From: an uncultured Verrucomicrobiae bacterium
Lineage (GTDB): Bacteria > Verrucomicrobiota > Verrucomicrobiia > Limisphaerales > Palsa-1400
Length of the DNA: 64,000 bases
Direction: 5' to 3'
Assembly: GCA_963702845.1 (NCBI GenBank)
Contig: OY969763.1
Span: 672,001 to 736,000 of the forward strand
Within the stretch, counting starts at the first letter, position 1. Every line of letters starts with the position of its first letter. Positions 23,213-33,281 of this stretch are shown here, piece after piece. The notes beneath the pieces were generated by a model. The model made no database searches and was not told the origin of the DNA. It saw nothing but the letters and a program-made list of their open reading frames with translations. A program made the translations under genes and the position numbers.

Positions 23213-23893
23213 ATGAAGCTTACAAAACTATTAGCTCTATCATCGTTGTTTTTGGGTGCTGTGACCGTGGGTGCGCAGCAGGATAATACGCTCTCGGTCA
23301 CGATCTCAGCGCGTATCATTTCTCAAAACACAAACGTTACCGACGTGCACAACGTCACCAGCACGCCGTCGCCAAAATCGCGTTCCGGCTCGAACACCGA
23401 CTTGCTCAAACGTCTTGCTCAGGACGAATTCAACGCTGGAAATTGGCCCAGCAACTCCTTCCCACACGGCGCTAAGTTGGTTGTTGTGGGCGGCAGCTTT
23501 GTCATCGTCAAGGGCACCAACACACTCGTCGACGTTTCCAATGTGATCAGCATCGGATTTGGCGTAAATACCATTATGTCGGGCCGCCAAAATGACATTA
23601 CCGGACTCGCCAGTCCGACCATTACCAATGTCCGCATCGGGCACCTGGTCTTCGATGACACCGGCCTCAATCCGACCGATGGTCTGCGGTTTTATCTCCA
23701 AGGCGTCCTGACCGAGACCATCACCGACAGCGCCGTTGCGAACAATGGCACGTATAACCAGACGCACAGCGTGAGCATGCCGACCGCTGCTGGCGAAGGT
23801 GATTCCGGGGTCGGTTCAGGAAATGACCAACCGATCATCGTCACCGGAAGCGTCTCCGCGTTCGGCAGTGGACGACTGACGTTGGTGCCGTAA
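23213..23893 (+). CDS. Secreted hypothetical protein
   Basis: Signal peptide MKLTKLLALSSLFLGAVTVGA; S/T/N/G-rich beta composition. Confidence 0.75.
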   Translation: MKLTKLLALSSLFLGAVTVGAQQDNTLSVTISARIISQNTNVTDVHNVTSTPSPKSRSGSNTDLLKRLAQDEFNAGNWPSNSFPHGAKLVVVGGSFVIVKGTNTLVDVSNVISIGFGVNTIMSGRQNDITGLASPTITNVRIGHLVFDDTGLNPTDGLRFYLQGVLTETITDSAVANNGTYNQTHSVSMPTAAGEGDSGVGSGNDQPIIVTGSVSAFGSGRLTLVP

Positions 23894-23911
23894 CGAATTG
23901 CTTACCTTTCG

Positions 23912-23950
23912 AAATCCGATGCGAGCACGCCTCGTGTCGGATTTTTTGTT
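23912..23950 (+). terminator. Rho-independent terminator
   Basis: AAATCCGATGCGAG-CACGC-CTCGTGTCGGATTT followed by TTTGTTTTT. Confidence 0.8.
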
Positions 23951-24036
23951 TTTCAGGCCAGCTGGCACATGACGCAGGTCAATAAGGCGCTCCAAATTTT
24001 CTCGTTCACCACTCGCCGTTCTGATTCAATGAAAGG

Positions 24037-25131
24037 ATGCATCTCAGATTGGTCGTAGGTTTAGTTGGTGCGGCGTTCATTAGTTTCACAGCAGCGGGTG
24101 CGACCACCAACACCACCATCCGGATCATGGCCAGCAACCTCTCGAGCGGGAACAATCAGCGCTATGAAACCGCGGGCATGGACATCTTGAAAGGGCTCAA
24201 GCCCGATGTGGTGGCGATGCAGGAGTTCAATTACGCCAGTGCCACACTTGGGACCAACACCACCGCCGCTTTGCGCGAAATGATCGATAAAACGTTCGGC
24301 ACGAATTTTGTCTACTTCCGCCAAACCAGCGTGAACATCCCAAACGGCATCGTCAGCCGCTATCCGATCCTCAACAGCGGCGTTTGGGACGACACCACGC
24401 TGTCAGACCGCGATTTCGTCTGGGCGCAAATCGACATTCCCGGCACCAATGATCTCTACATCGTTAGTGTGCATATGAAAGCCAGCAGCGGTTCGTCTAG
24501 TCAGCGCGCCGGTCAGGCGACCACTTTGAAAGGCCTCATTCAGGCGAATTTTCCGGCTAACGCTTACATCGTCGTTGCCGGTGATTTCAACCTCTACTCT
24601 ACCGGCGAAGCCTGCTACACGACGATGACGTCCTATCTGACCGACCCAAGCCCCGCCCCGAACGATTCTGCTGGCGACGCCGATACCAACGAACCCCGCA
24701 GTGAACGATACGACTACGTCTTCGCCAGCCAATCGCTCAACACCACTCGTGTCGCCTCAGTAGTTGGCGCTCACACATTCACCAACGGCTTGGTGCTGGA
24801 TTCTTCCGTTTACCCGACGTTGAGCGAAATCTCGCCGGTGCAATCTGGCGATTCACACGTGACCGGCATGCAACACATGGGCGTCATCAAAGATTTTAAA
24901 CTGATCTACACTTTAACCGACCCAACCGCCCCCCCACCAACCCTCACCCTGACCGCACCGAACATTCTTCAATGGCAAGGCGTCGCCAATACAACCTACA
25001 GCGTCCAACTCACGACCGATTTACAAAGCTGGTCGCCCGCCGTCCCTGTAACATCTTCATCAACCGCCTTTTCCTTCACCAACCAATCCCCCGACCCAGC
25101 CGAGACTTTCTATCGCGTCACGTATCCATAG
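24037..25131 (+). CDS. Secreted endonuclease/exonuclease/phosphatase family protein with C-terminal beta module
   Basis: RIMASNL, PDVVAMQE, VSRYPI, VHMK, AGDFN and RYDYVF; Pro-rich linker, then W..Y..DL.SW...FYRV. Confidence 0.88.
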   Translation: MHLRLVVGLVGAAFISFTAAGATTNTTIRIMASNLSSGNNQRYETAGMDILKGLKPDVVAMQEFNYASATLGTNTTAALREMIDKTFGTNFVYFRQTSVNIPNGIVSRYPILNSGVWDDTTLSDRDFVWAQIDIPGTNDLYIVSVHMKASSGSSSQRAGQATTLKGLIQANFPANAYIVVAGDFNLYSTGEACYTTMTSYLTDPSPAPNDSAGDADTNEPRSERYDYVFASQSLNTTRVASVVGAHTFTNGLVLDSSVYPTLSEISPVQSGDSHVTGMQHMGVIKDFKLIYTLTDPTAPPPTLTLTAPNILQWQGVANTTYSVQLTTDLQSWSPAVPVTSSSTAFSFTNQSPDPAETFYRVTYP

Positions 25132-25243
25132 TGGCGAATTCCCGCGAAGCGGCTTGGAGCAGCCCCAGAGCGTTGGCATTTGAACCTTTCGAAAAATACT
25201 GCCGAACACGTGCCCTCGTGTTAGAACCAACACAAAGGAAACT

Positions 25244-26305
25244 ATGAAACTCACGCGCTTTTGCTTCCCAACGCTCCTGCTCCTGCTTTCGCTGCTGGTC
25301 GGATGCAAGCCGTCGCGGGATATTTCCGGCGCGTGGTCTGGCACGCTCGATGCAGGGCACCTGAAACTTCGCCTTGTTTTCCACATCAAAAGAAGTGGCG
25401 GCTCCTACGAAGCGACCGTTGACACCATTGATCAGGGGCGGCGAGACCTTCCGGTTTCCGCGATCAAAACAAAAGGTAATGAGGTCCATATCGAACTCGG
25501 CGCATTCTCTGCGGTTTATGATGGCAAAGTTGATTCGACGGGCACGCAAATGACCGGTTTATTCCGCCAGGCTGGCGCAAATATTCCCTTCAATCTCCAG
25601 AAAACCGCGCAGCCGCCAACCGTCGCACCGCCGCTTTTGCCAGCCTCATACACGCCTCGTTCTGGCTCGGACCTGCAAGGATACTGGGAAGGCACCGTGA
25701 CCATTGGGCCGGTGAAGAATCGGCTCGGGTTCAAAATTGCTGAACTCGGGAAAGGCCAATATCGCGCCGAACTCGACAGCCTCGACCAAGGTGCCACCGG
25801 CATTCCGATTACCGCCGTTTCATATAAAGCGCCTACCGTGCACATGGACGTCATGGGGGTTGCGGGCAGTTTCGACGGCACCGTCATTCAACCCGGCGAA
25901 ATCAGCGGCACCTGGAAACAGGGACCGAATTCGTTGCCTGTCATCTTGCGACGAGGCGCGCCCCCAGCGAGTGACACGGCTGATTATCGCGCGAGCAAAG
26001 ATACCGAGCCCCAGGGCACCTGGGCCGGCGGACTCGATGCCAAAGCTGCTATCCTCCACCTCGTATTGAAGATCGGCAAGCAACCCGATGGCACTCTCGT
26101 CGCCAAACTCGACAGTCCTGATCAGGGTGCGGCCGGTATACCCGCTTCCACGGTGCAATTCACCGCGCCGTCGACCCTCAACGTGGAATGGAAAGCGATG
26201 TCAGGCGTTTTCAAAGCCGAACTGAAGAATAATAAATTGACCGGCACCTGGATCCAAAACGGCCAGTCGTTCCCTCTGACTTTCCAGCGCGAAAAATCCA
26301 AATAA
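25244..26305 (+). CDS. Lipoprotein built from three tandem ~100-aa beta-domain repeats
   Basis: LLVGC lipobox. Repeats GAWSGTL..DTIDQG, GYWEGTV..DSLDQG and GTWAGGL..DSPDQG, each ending G.(F/W).Q...(I/L/F)P. Confidence 0.8.
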   Translation: MKLTRFCFPTLLLLLSLLVGCKPSRDISGAWSGTLDAGHLKLRLVFHIKRSGGSYEATVDTIDQGRRDLPVSAIKTKGNEVHIELGAFSAVYDGKVDSTGTQMTGLFRQAGANIPFNLQKTAQPPTVAPPLLPASYTPRSGSDLQGYWEGTVTIGPVKNRLGFKIAELGKGQYRAELDSLDQGATGIPITAVSYKAPTVHMDVMGVAGSFDGTVIQPGEISGTWKQGPNSLPVILRRGAPPASDTADYRASKDTEPQGTWAGGLDAKAAILHLVLKIGKQPDGTLVAKLDSPDQGAAGIPASTVQFTAPSTLNVEWKAMSGVFKAELKNNKLTGTWIQNGQSFPLTFQREKSK

Positions 26306-26455
26306 TTTCTGAGCCAATACACGTCGTCTTACTTGACCCGCTCGACTGTGTTGAAGAGTTCCAGTTGCTGCTGGATTCAACACCTCACCAAAATCAGCTA
26401 CAACTTTAGCAATATCTGGCAAGTCCGTGTCGCCCCTATCAAACATAGTGACTAC

Positions 26456-26883
26456 ATGAAAACGTCACGCACTTGCGGTGTCCTGTGTGTGCTCTTTGCT
26501 GTCGCCGTTGTGTCCATCGCGTTCGCTGACGCCACGGCTGACCGCTCTAACATGCAGATTTTCATGCGCCAGAAACTCGAGTTTTCCAAGGGCATCACCG
26601 AAGGCATCGTGCTGGAAAAATTCGAAGTTATTTCACTCAATGCCGCCGCCTTGCGCAAAATGACCCAGACTAATTTTTGGATCCAAACCCAAAACACGAA
26701 TTACCTGGCGAAGATGACGAACTTCCAAACTCAGCTCGGCACCCTCTTTTTGCCGCGGGCGATCGCAATCTCGACCGCACCACCGAAGCCTACGGCAATG
26801 TTCTCAAAAGCTGTATCGATTGCCACCACCTCGTGCGCAAAGAACAAGTTGGCTTCCCGCGTTGGGGTAGTCGCGACGAATAG
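26456..26883 (+). CDS. Periplasmic four-helix-bundle monoheme cytochrome c (c'/c556-like); frameshift in T-run near 26750
   Basis: Signal peptide and FMRQKL in the first frame; C-terminal SCIDCHH in ORF 26677-26883. Confidence 0.75.
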
Positions 26884-26902
26884 CGCAGTTATTTACAAAC
26901 CA

Positions 26903-26931
26903 TTGCACCTGATGGGTGCTCATTGTAGTTT
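26903..26931 (+). promoter_or_regulatory. sigma70-type promoter of nadA, leaderless
   Basis: TTGCAC, 17-nt spacer, TAGTTT, then 6 nt to ATG 26938. Confidence 0.6.
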
Positions 26932-26937
26932 GCATTG

Positions 26938-27942
26938 ATGGCTATCGCAGTCGCCCCAAATCAGGATTTCGTCACGCGCATCCCGCTGGCGCCGCAGCGT
27001 CTTGATGCTCTTTCGCGCGACATCATCGCGCTCAAGAAAAAGCTCAATGCCATCATTTTGGCCCACAATTATCAAGTCCCCGAAATCCAGGACATAGCCG
27101 ATTTCGTGGGTGATTCCCTCGGCCTCTCGCAACAAGCCGCCAAGACCAGCGCCGACGTCATCGTCTTCTGCGGCGTACATTTCATGGCCGAAACCGCCAA
27201 GATTCTGAACCCGAACAAATTGGTCATCCTACCCGACAAAGACGCCGGTTGTTCGTTGGAAGAAAGCTGCCCCGCGCCCAAGCTCAAGCAACTTCAGGAC
27301 ACAAATCCAAATTTTTACACTGTCACCTACATCAACTGCAGCGCCGAAGTCAAAGCCCTCAGCGACGTGATATGCACCAGTGGCAACGCCGTCAAAATTG
27401 TCAACGCAACGCCGAAGGACAAAGACCTATTATTCGTCCCCGACGAAAATCTCGGCGCGTGGGTGATGGAACAAACCGGTCGTAAGATGACCTTGTGGAA
27501 AGGCAGTTGTTACGCGCACGTCGAATTCACGCACGAAAGCATCATGCGCATCCGCCGCGAGTATCCAGACGCGCCCGTCGTCGCGCATCCCGAATGTACC
27601 CGTGCCGTTCGTCTGTTAGCTGACGAGATTTGTTCGACCGAAAAGATGGTCGACTTCTGCAAACGCAGCCCGGCGCAAACCATCATCATCGCCACCGAAG
27701 CGGGCATGATTCATCGCCTCAATAAAGAATGTCCCGGCAAACGGTTCATCCCAGCGCCAGTGGCTAACTGCCGTTGCAACGAGTGCAAATTTATGAAAAT
27801 GAATACGCTCGAAAAGTTGCACGCCTGCATGGAAGATTTGAACCCGCGCATCGAACTGCCAAAGCACATCATCGAACGCGCCCGTCTGCCCATCGACCGC
27901 ATGCTGCAAATTTCAGCACAGCCGCTCGCTAACGCTGGTTGA
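26938..27942 (+). CDS. nadA: Quinolinate synthase A
   Basis: ILAHNYQ, GDSL, FCGVHFMAE, AGCSL, YINCSA, AHPEC and CKFMK. Confidence 0.97.
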   Translation: MAIAVAPNQDFVTRIPLAPQRLDALSRDIIALKKKLNAIILAHNYQVPEIQDIADFVGDSLGLSQQAAKTSADVIVFCGVHFMAETAKILNPNKLVILPDKDAGCSLEESCPAPKLKQLQDTNPNFYTVTYINCSAEVKALSDVICTSGNAVKIVNATPKDKDLLFVPDENLGAWVMEQTGRKMTLWKGSCYAHVEFTHESIMRIRREYPDAPVVAHPECTRAVRLLADEICSTEKMVDFCKRSPAQTIIIATEAGMIHRLNKECPGKRFIPAPVANCRCNECKFMKMNTLEKLHACMEDLNPRIELPKHIIERARLPIDRMLQISAQPLANAG

Positions 27943-27997
27943 AATCACAATAACCTGGGCTTGTTATTAACGGAACCGGTTGCAGTTCAAAACTGGT

Positions 27998-28759
27998 TTA
28001 CGGTGGGAAGTCCGACAACGTAGTGTCGCGCGTAATGGCATACTGAAACTCCCAATCCTTGCGTGTCACCCAGGCAGCATGTCCATCGCAATACAGGACG
28101 TTGCCTCCGTATCTGCCGTGATTGTCCGCTGGATCCAACTCCAGATTTGTGCCCGGATCATCCTGATCGAATAGCAGCCACACTCGGCTCGGACCTGGCC
28201 GAAATTCAGGGCTCACTCTTGTGTTGTGATAGTTCACGAATGACTGCACGTAATCGAGCGTCACTTTGTTAGTGATGGCTCGGGCCCCGGCGCCAGGCAC
28301 GACATGCTGGATGGATCCGAGGACTTCGAAGCTGTGGCCATGCACGGCTCCTTTCGACGCGGAGTTGTCCGTCAGGTCCTTGATAACTTTGTTCGCGTTC
28401 GGAGTAAACACCGTCAGGAACAAATTCGGATTCACGATGTTCTGCGTACCGGGGCATGTGAACGCATTACAGTTCGGCACGTAACTCGGCATTAAAAACG
28501 ACAAGTCGTCGTCACCGATGTAACGCTCGTTGGGCGTGTAACTGGGCACCTGCGTATCGCAAGTGAGGTGCCCCTTGAAATCACCGGCATACATCTGGGA
28601 GCCCAACCCGATTTGCTTCGTGTTACTGAGGCACTTGATCCGTTGCGCCTTATCCTTCGCGCGTGACAACGCCGGCAGCAACATCGACGCGAGAATCGCG
28701 ATGATCGCGATCACCACCAATAACTCGATCAACGTAAACCCACTCCTACGCCTGTTCAT
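27998..28759 (-). CDS. Prepilin-type N-terminal cleavage/methylation protein with C-terminal H-X9-DG motif
   Basis: [36 protein letters not shown] and [15 protein letters not shown]. Confidence 0.92.
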   Translation of the reverse strand: MNRRRSGFTLIELLVVIAIIAILASMLLPALSRAKDKAQRIKCLSNTKQIGLGSQMYAGDFKGHLTCDTQVPSYTPNERYIGDDDLSFLMPSYVPNCNAFTCPGTQNIVNPNLFLTVFTPNANKVIKDLTDNSASKGAVHGHSFEVLGSIQHVVPGAGARAITNKVTLDYVQSFVNYHNTRVSPEFRPGPSRVWLLFDQDDPGTNLELDPADNHGRYGGNVLYCDGHAAWVTRKDWEFQYAITRDTTLSDFPP

Positions 28760-28763
28760 AACT

Positions 28764-31007
28764 CTAGAATTTGAGTCGGAAGAACGCCGCGGCATCCGTT
28801 GCCGGCACTGTTACGGTATTGTTCGATCCGGAAACAACCACCGGTTGCGCGACGTTTGCCCAATTGTTACCTGCTGGAAATGAGCCGACAGATTGTAGCG
28901 TAAACGCGCCGGCATTGGTCGGCCACGAAAACACAATGTTTGGCGCCGCGTAGGAGAAGCTCAATTGCGGTGACGGCGGCGCAGCAAACCCGATCGGCGT
29001 GACCGCAGCCCAACTGGTGTCGATGCGCACCTCGTCCCACGTCATCGCATTCGGCGTGTTTGCCGATGTGCTTTGCCGGATAACGAACGTGTCGATCAAA
29101 GTGATGTCCGCGTCGAGCAGGGGAGCACTGAGCGTCGGCGTGGGCGCGGATGCTTGTCCAAAACTGGCGGCTGTCGGATTGATCCACAAATCAAACGTGT
29201 CATCGCTCGTCGCGGTGGAGTTGAACGTGTATCTTCCGACGATGAACACCGTCTCACCGGGGAAATGGTCGGTCGTGTCCCAAATATACGCGGTGCTCTT
29301 CGAAGTTTTGTTCGCGCCGATTTGGTAACCGGTGCCGTCTCCGTTCAAGCGCACCACCAGTCGTGCATCTTGAACATCGGCGGCTTGATTGACGAACGCG
29401 GCAATAAAGTTCGCGCTCGAGTTGAACGCTCCCAACGCATCCACTCGCATCAAAAATGAATAAAACAATGGCCCGCGATTGATCTGTTGGCCGAGCGCCA
29501 GGCGTTCGGCAGCGCCGGAGCCGCCATTGGTGATGGAGTTGCCGGTTGAATTCGCGAGTCCGGTGTAACTCAAATTTCCAGCGACGATCGTCGTATCGTC
29601 ACCTGAGCCATTCGTGTTCCAAATCATGCCCGCACCGGGCGACTTGCCGGTCAGCCCTTCACCAACGTTGTAATTGAACGGTTCGTAAACATGAATGACA
29701 ACCGGTGGTGGCGGATTGGTGAACACCAGGATTGCTGCCGAACTCGTCGCCGCGCCGACACTGTTACTCGCCACTACCGTATAATTTCCCGCTGCCGTAA
29801 ACGGCGCGTTGGAAATCACCAAAATAGAATTCGTCCCGTTCAACACCGGCGTGTCACCACCGACGAACCATTGAAAAGTCATCGGCACATCGCCCTGTGC
29901 GCCGGCGCGGAACGTCACCGTTGTATTCGTCGCTGTCGTCACGTTAGCGGGCTGACTAAAAAACGTCGGGGCCGCCGGAGTATTCGTTAAAATCGCGTAA
30001 ACCTGGATGCCATTGTTGCAGTCCATTACGAACAATCGATTTGTTCCGTAAAATGCATCGGCATACCCGAAATCCACCGCGCCGGCAAAAGCGCCGTTAG
30101 CGATGTCGCTCGGCAGAGTCTTGCTGTCCTGCAGCACCGGCACGCTCGCGGGTTGGCTCACGTCAAAGAGATATGCGGCGTCGCCCGTTTTGATCGCCAC
30201 ACCGCCAAGCAAATTTAACGTCGGACTCATCTTGATCGGGGCCAAACCAGTCGGCATCGGTGGCTGCGGATAAGTGACCATCGTCGTTGCACTGCCAGTG
30301 GCGACGTTAAACGAGAACAAGCGCAACGGATCAGTCGTCGACCCGCTAGTCGTTCCGAACGCTCCATAAAAAGTATTTCCTGGGCCAAAAGTGATTCCGT
30401 AACCCGCCGATCCGGCTGGGCCGTCCATCGTCAATATCGTCGGCGTAAACGCGGTCAGTGAGGCATCTGTCGGACGAAACAGCGCCGCGACCGTTCCGCG
30501 CGAACCGAATACGATCATCGTGCTCGTCCCCGAACCGCGCACATCCATTGTGTCTCCGTAACGCTGACCATCACCGGCGGTGCCGGGATGTCCGTGCCAA
30601 ACGATCGATTGCGCGGAGCTTTCATTGGCCCAACTATAAATGTTGAGATCGGGCGCGCCTGTGGTGTTCTCCAGATTGGCCGCGTAAATGACCCCGTCAT
30701 CGGCCACGCGCACCAGGTTCATGACGAAACTCGAGTTGCCACCCGTCGCCAGGCCCGACGTATCAAGGGCGCCGATGTCACTGCCGGTCACGCCATCGAT
30801 GATGTGAATCGCAGGCACGGATTTATCAACGATGAGGATGTGGCCGGTGGCTGGATTATAGGTCATGCCACGTTGATTACTGGCTGTGCCGAGCCAAGTA
30901 TACGTTCCTGCGGCGACGTTAGTGATCAAACTCAGCGAATAGGTCGAAGCTTTGGCCGAGGCAACAATGCCAAGGGCGAGAGCAAGGGCGGCAAATGAAG
31001 TCTTCAT
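28764..31007 (-). CDS. Large secreted protein: beta-propeller-like (DUF4623-like) + Ig-like + beta-sandwich + C-terminal FFRL module
   Basis: Signal peptide [24 protein letters not shown] and [10 protein letters not shown]; Ig motif [27 protein letters not shown]; ends AAFFRLKF. Confidence 0.75.
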   Translation of the reverse strand: MKTSFAALALALGIVASAKASTYSLSLITNVAAGTYTWLGTASNQRGMTYNPATGHILIVDKSVPAIHIIDGVTGSDIGALDTSGLATGGNSSFVMNLVRVADDGVIYAANLENTTGAPDLNIYSWANESSAQSIVWHGHPGTAGDGQRYGDTMDVRGSGTSTMIVFGSRGTVAALFRPTDASLTAFTPTILTMDGPAGSAGYGITFGPGNTFYGAFGTTSGSTTDPLRLFSFNVATGSATTMVTYPQPPMPTGLAPIKMSPTLNLLGGVAIKTGDAAYLFDVSQPASVPVLQDSKTLPSDIANGAFAGAVDFGYADAFYGTNRLFVMDCNNGIQVYAILTNTPAAPTFFSQPANVTTATNTTVTFRAGAQGDVPMTFQWFVGGDTPVLNGTNSILVISNAPFTAAGNYTVVASNSVGAATSSAAILVFTNPPPPVVIHVYEPFNYNVGEGLTGKSPGAGMIWNTNGSGDDTTIVAGNLSYTGLANSTGNSITNGGSGAAERLALGQQINRGPLFYSFLMRVDALGAFNSSANFIAAFVNQAADVQDARLVVRLNGDGTGYQIGANKTSKSTAYIWDTTDHFPGETVFIVGRYTFNSTATSDDTFDLWINPTAASFGQASAPTPTLSAPLLDADITLIDTFVIRQSTSANTPNAMTWDEVRIDTSWAAVTPIGFAAPPSPQLSFSYAAPNIVFSWPTNAGAFTLQSVGSFPAGNNWANVAQPVVVSGSNNTVTVPATDAAAFFRLKF

Positions 31008-31195
31008 ACGGGTGGGTAGAGCGCGAAATGAGTTCACGGCTTTTTTAAAAGGGCTTGGGCTGAGCATACAGAAGTCGTGACCGAAAAGTAGCCGCCAAAC
31101 CCTGAAAACTTTGTAAGGGATTACCCGATGGCAAGCTAAGCCACCCCTTAACGCCTCACGCGGCCATTGCAGCTCACGTTCGCACTTTTCCGCAC

Positions 31196-32026
31196 CTATC
31201 TGGGTTCATCTGTGGTTAAATCCTTTATCAATCGATCCAACCTCTGGGCCCACTCATCCAACTTAAAGTTCTGTGGATCATCGTGTCCATCAACCATCCC
31301 CGAATCGAAACAACAATGATACCCCGGCACCAGCCACGTCCCATGTTCCAAGCTCGCGGCCACATATAATAACGCCAGCCGATTATACTGCCCCGATGTG
31401 AACCCCGGCTCTGGCGAAATGGCATCGTTGCCTTTGTGCCCGGCGGGATCAGATCGTCGTGGTTGGCTCAACTCGGTGTGCACAAACATCCCGTGACTCT
31501 CCTCTTTCGTGAGCGTTTTCGATTCGTATTTCGTCGCGCGCCACGACATCGAAAACGGATGCCATGTCATCGACTGTCCCAACCGATTCACAAACATGTG
31601 CGCCACCGGCATCTTTTTCCAACGCTCGAAATTATTCAGCGGCCACTCCGGCGTATTGATATTGGTGGGGATCGCTTTCTCCCTGTAATTCGGCGTGCTC
31701 GTATCGTGAATCACAAAATACTTCGCCGTCACCTTCTGCGAAATCGGCCCGCCGATGTCGTCTTCGGCAATCTTGTGTTCCGCCAAATACTTCTTCAACT
31801 CTTCCGCTTTAATCGCCACCGGTTTCCCAATCAACGATTCCAACGGCTCCGGCAACTTCGCAAGGGGCTCGGCTAACACTCCACCGCGTTTTACCGGTCT
31901 CAACAAACACTTCGCCTGTTCCACCGGCGTCCCCGCAAACTCCATTTTTCTGCGATCAAAAGGGCAGGGTGTCGACTGCGCGGTGATGCACGCGAGAAAT
32001 ATAACCGCGACAAAACGTGAATTCAT
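31196..32026 (-). CDS. Secreted N-acetylmuramoyl-L-alanine amidase-like (Amidase_2/PGRP fold) protein
   Basis: FVIHDTS, AHMFV, HTELSQP and YHCCFD..GHDDP Zn-ligand pattern. Confidence 0.65.
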   Translation of the reverse strand: MNSRFVAVIFLACITAQSTPCPFDRRKMEFAGTPVEQAKCLLRPVKRGGVLAEPLAKLPEPLESLIGKPVAIKAEELKKYLAEHKIAEDDIGGPISQKVTAKYFVIHDTSTPNYREKAIPTNINTPEWPLNNFERWKKMPVAHMFVNRLGQSMTWHPFSMSWRATKYESKTLTKEESHGMFVHTELSQPRRSDPAGHKGNDAISPEPGFTSGQYNRLALLYVAASLEHGTWLVPGYHCCFDSGMVDGHDDPQNFKLDEWAQRLDRLIKDLTTDEPR

Positions 32027-32115
32027 TTGCGGAGAATGAAACCCAGTCCCCCAAATTGCAACGCAGGTTTCCGCACCATTGATTAGTCGTGCGCGTGACC
32101 GTCTTCACCTCAGGT

Positions 32116-32148
32116 TCTCTGTGATCTTTGCGATCTTTGCGGTTAAAT
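32116..32148. repeat. 9-mer tandem repeat TCT(C/T)TG(T/C)G(A/G) x3 at a gene 3' end
   Basis: TCTCTGTGA TCTTTGCGA TCTTTGCGG TTAAAT. A related ATCTGGGTTC ATCTGTGGTTAAAT occurs at 31198-31221. Confidence 0.6.
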
Positions 32149-32412
32149 AGGTTTTGTTTGTGCTTCTTTGCTGTCGCTCGTGGGTAAATCAATCACTTTC
32201 ACCCCATCGCGAATCTCCGACACTTCTCGCGCCGTCATCAACACTGCATTCTTAATCAGCCGACAAAACTCCTTCTTCGTAGCGCGATGATGCCCGCCTT
32301 CCTTCGTCGTAAGATTCTCGATCAGCTTGTAATCGACTGACAACCGATCGAGCTTTGCGATTCGAAAGTAAGTGTCGCCGCGTTTCCAAGTCTGGCCCTG
32401 GCACAATTTCAT
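32143..32412 (-). CDS. Small hypothetical protein
   Basis: MKLCQGQTWK...KKEFCRLIKNA, 89 aa. Confidence 0.65.
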   Translation of the reverse strand: MKLCQGQTWKRGDTYFRIAKLDRLSVDYKLIENLTTKEGGHHRATKKEFCRLIKNAVLMTAREVSEIRDGVKVIDLPTSDSKEAQTKPI

Positions 32413-32479
32413 TTTCAGAAACTTAGTTCTCAAACTGCGCCAATGCGAGAGCATTGTCGTCGACGCTCATCTTCATAAC

Positions 32480-32580
32480 CAATCCCAACGGGATTGCGGC
32501 CTTCAGCCCGGGGTTGAGAAGGGCAGCGGGGCTCTACCCCGCGTAACGTCCACAATATAAAAGAACCCCGAAGGTGGTTC
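32480..32580. repeat. REP-like extragenic palindromic element (two hairpins)
   Basis: CAATCCC-AAC-GGGATTG (32480-96) and GAACCCC-GAA-GGTGGTTC (32563-80) flank CAGCCCGGGGTTG...CTACCCCG. Confidence 0.55.
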
Positions 32581-32646
32581 TGGCGATGTTCACTAACGCT
32601 CCTTGCGTATTGCCTACCGACGCCATCGCGACCTGCGCCCTGAACA

Positions 32647-33132
32647 TTAATCCCGAAAATTTTGGAAATTTAAAGAGACCGGAAATTCATGCGCGCGCAC
32701 GGCCGCAATCACCGCCTGAAGATCATCTCTGCTCTTACCCTGCACTCGAACGGCATCGCCTTGTATTTGCGTCGTCACCTTCAACTTGGAGTCGCGAATA
32801 AACGAGGTAATTTCCTTAGCCGCCGCCTGTTCGATCCCTTGTTTAATTTTGATGACCTGGCGCGCATGCCCCAACGGCGAAATGTCCGGCTCCTGAATAT
32901 CGACGCTCTTCAAACTGATCTGACGTTTGGCCAGCTTGTTGACGACGATTTCGCGCAGAGCGTTGATTTTAAATTGGTCGGTCGCGGACAATTTGATTTC
33001 GTTCTTTTCGAGTTTGATTTCGGCGTTACTGCCCTTGAAATCGAACCGGTTGGCCAGCTCTTTGTTCGCGGTGTTGACCGCGTTTTCAATTTCCATCGAG
33101 CTAACTTCAGAAACAATATCGAATGAAGGCAT
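32647..33132 (-). CDS. yajQ: YajQ family nucleotide/cyclic-di-GMP-binding protein
   Basis: MPSFDIVSEV, RFDFKG, QIQGDAVRVQGKSRDDLQ and FQNFRD. Confidence 0.96.
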   Translation of the reverse strand: MPSFDIVSEVSSMEIENAVNTANKELANRFDFKGSNAEIKLEKNEIKLSATDQFKINALREIVVNKLAKRQISLKSVDIQEPDISPLGHARQVIKIKQGIEQAAAKEITSFIRDSKLKVTTQIQGDAVRVQGKSRDDLQAVIAAVRAHEFPVSLNFQNFRD

Positions 33133-33138
33133 GGTCGA

Positions 33139-33166
33139 AATCTACCGAATGCAGTGCGGAACTCAA
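33139..33166 (-). promoter_or_regulatory. sigma70-type promoter of yajQ, leaderless
   Basis: TTGAGT, 16-nt spacer, TAGATT, then 6 nt to ATG. Confidence 0.6.
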
Positions 33167-33173
33167 GGTTCGG

Positions 33174-33281
33174 AAAAACTCCAAAATCCAAAATTCAATG
33201 AAGTTCGCAAATGCCAGCCTTCCCATTGAAGTTTGAATGTTGGAGTTTCTCTGAAGTTTGGAATTTGATGTTTGAAGTTTA
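33174..33281. repeat. Long imperfect inverted repeat of heptamers (consensus TTGRAGT / AMTYCAA)
   Basis: Left arm AAACTCCAA AATCCAA AATTCAA; right arm TTGAAGT TTGAATG TTGGAGT .. TTGGAAT TTGATGT TTGAAGT. Confidence 0.65.

Noticed and set aside
33174..33281. Repeat arrays as CRISPR
   Set aside because: The units are 7 nt with no unique spacers, and there are no cas genes in the window.
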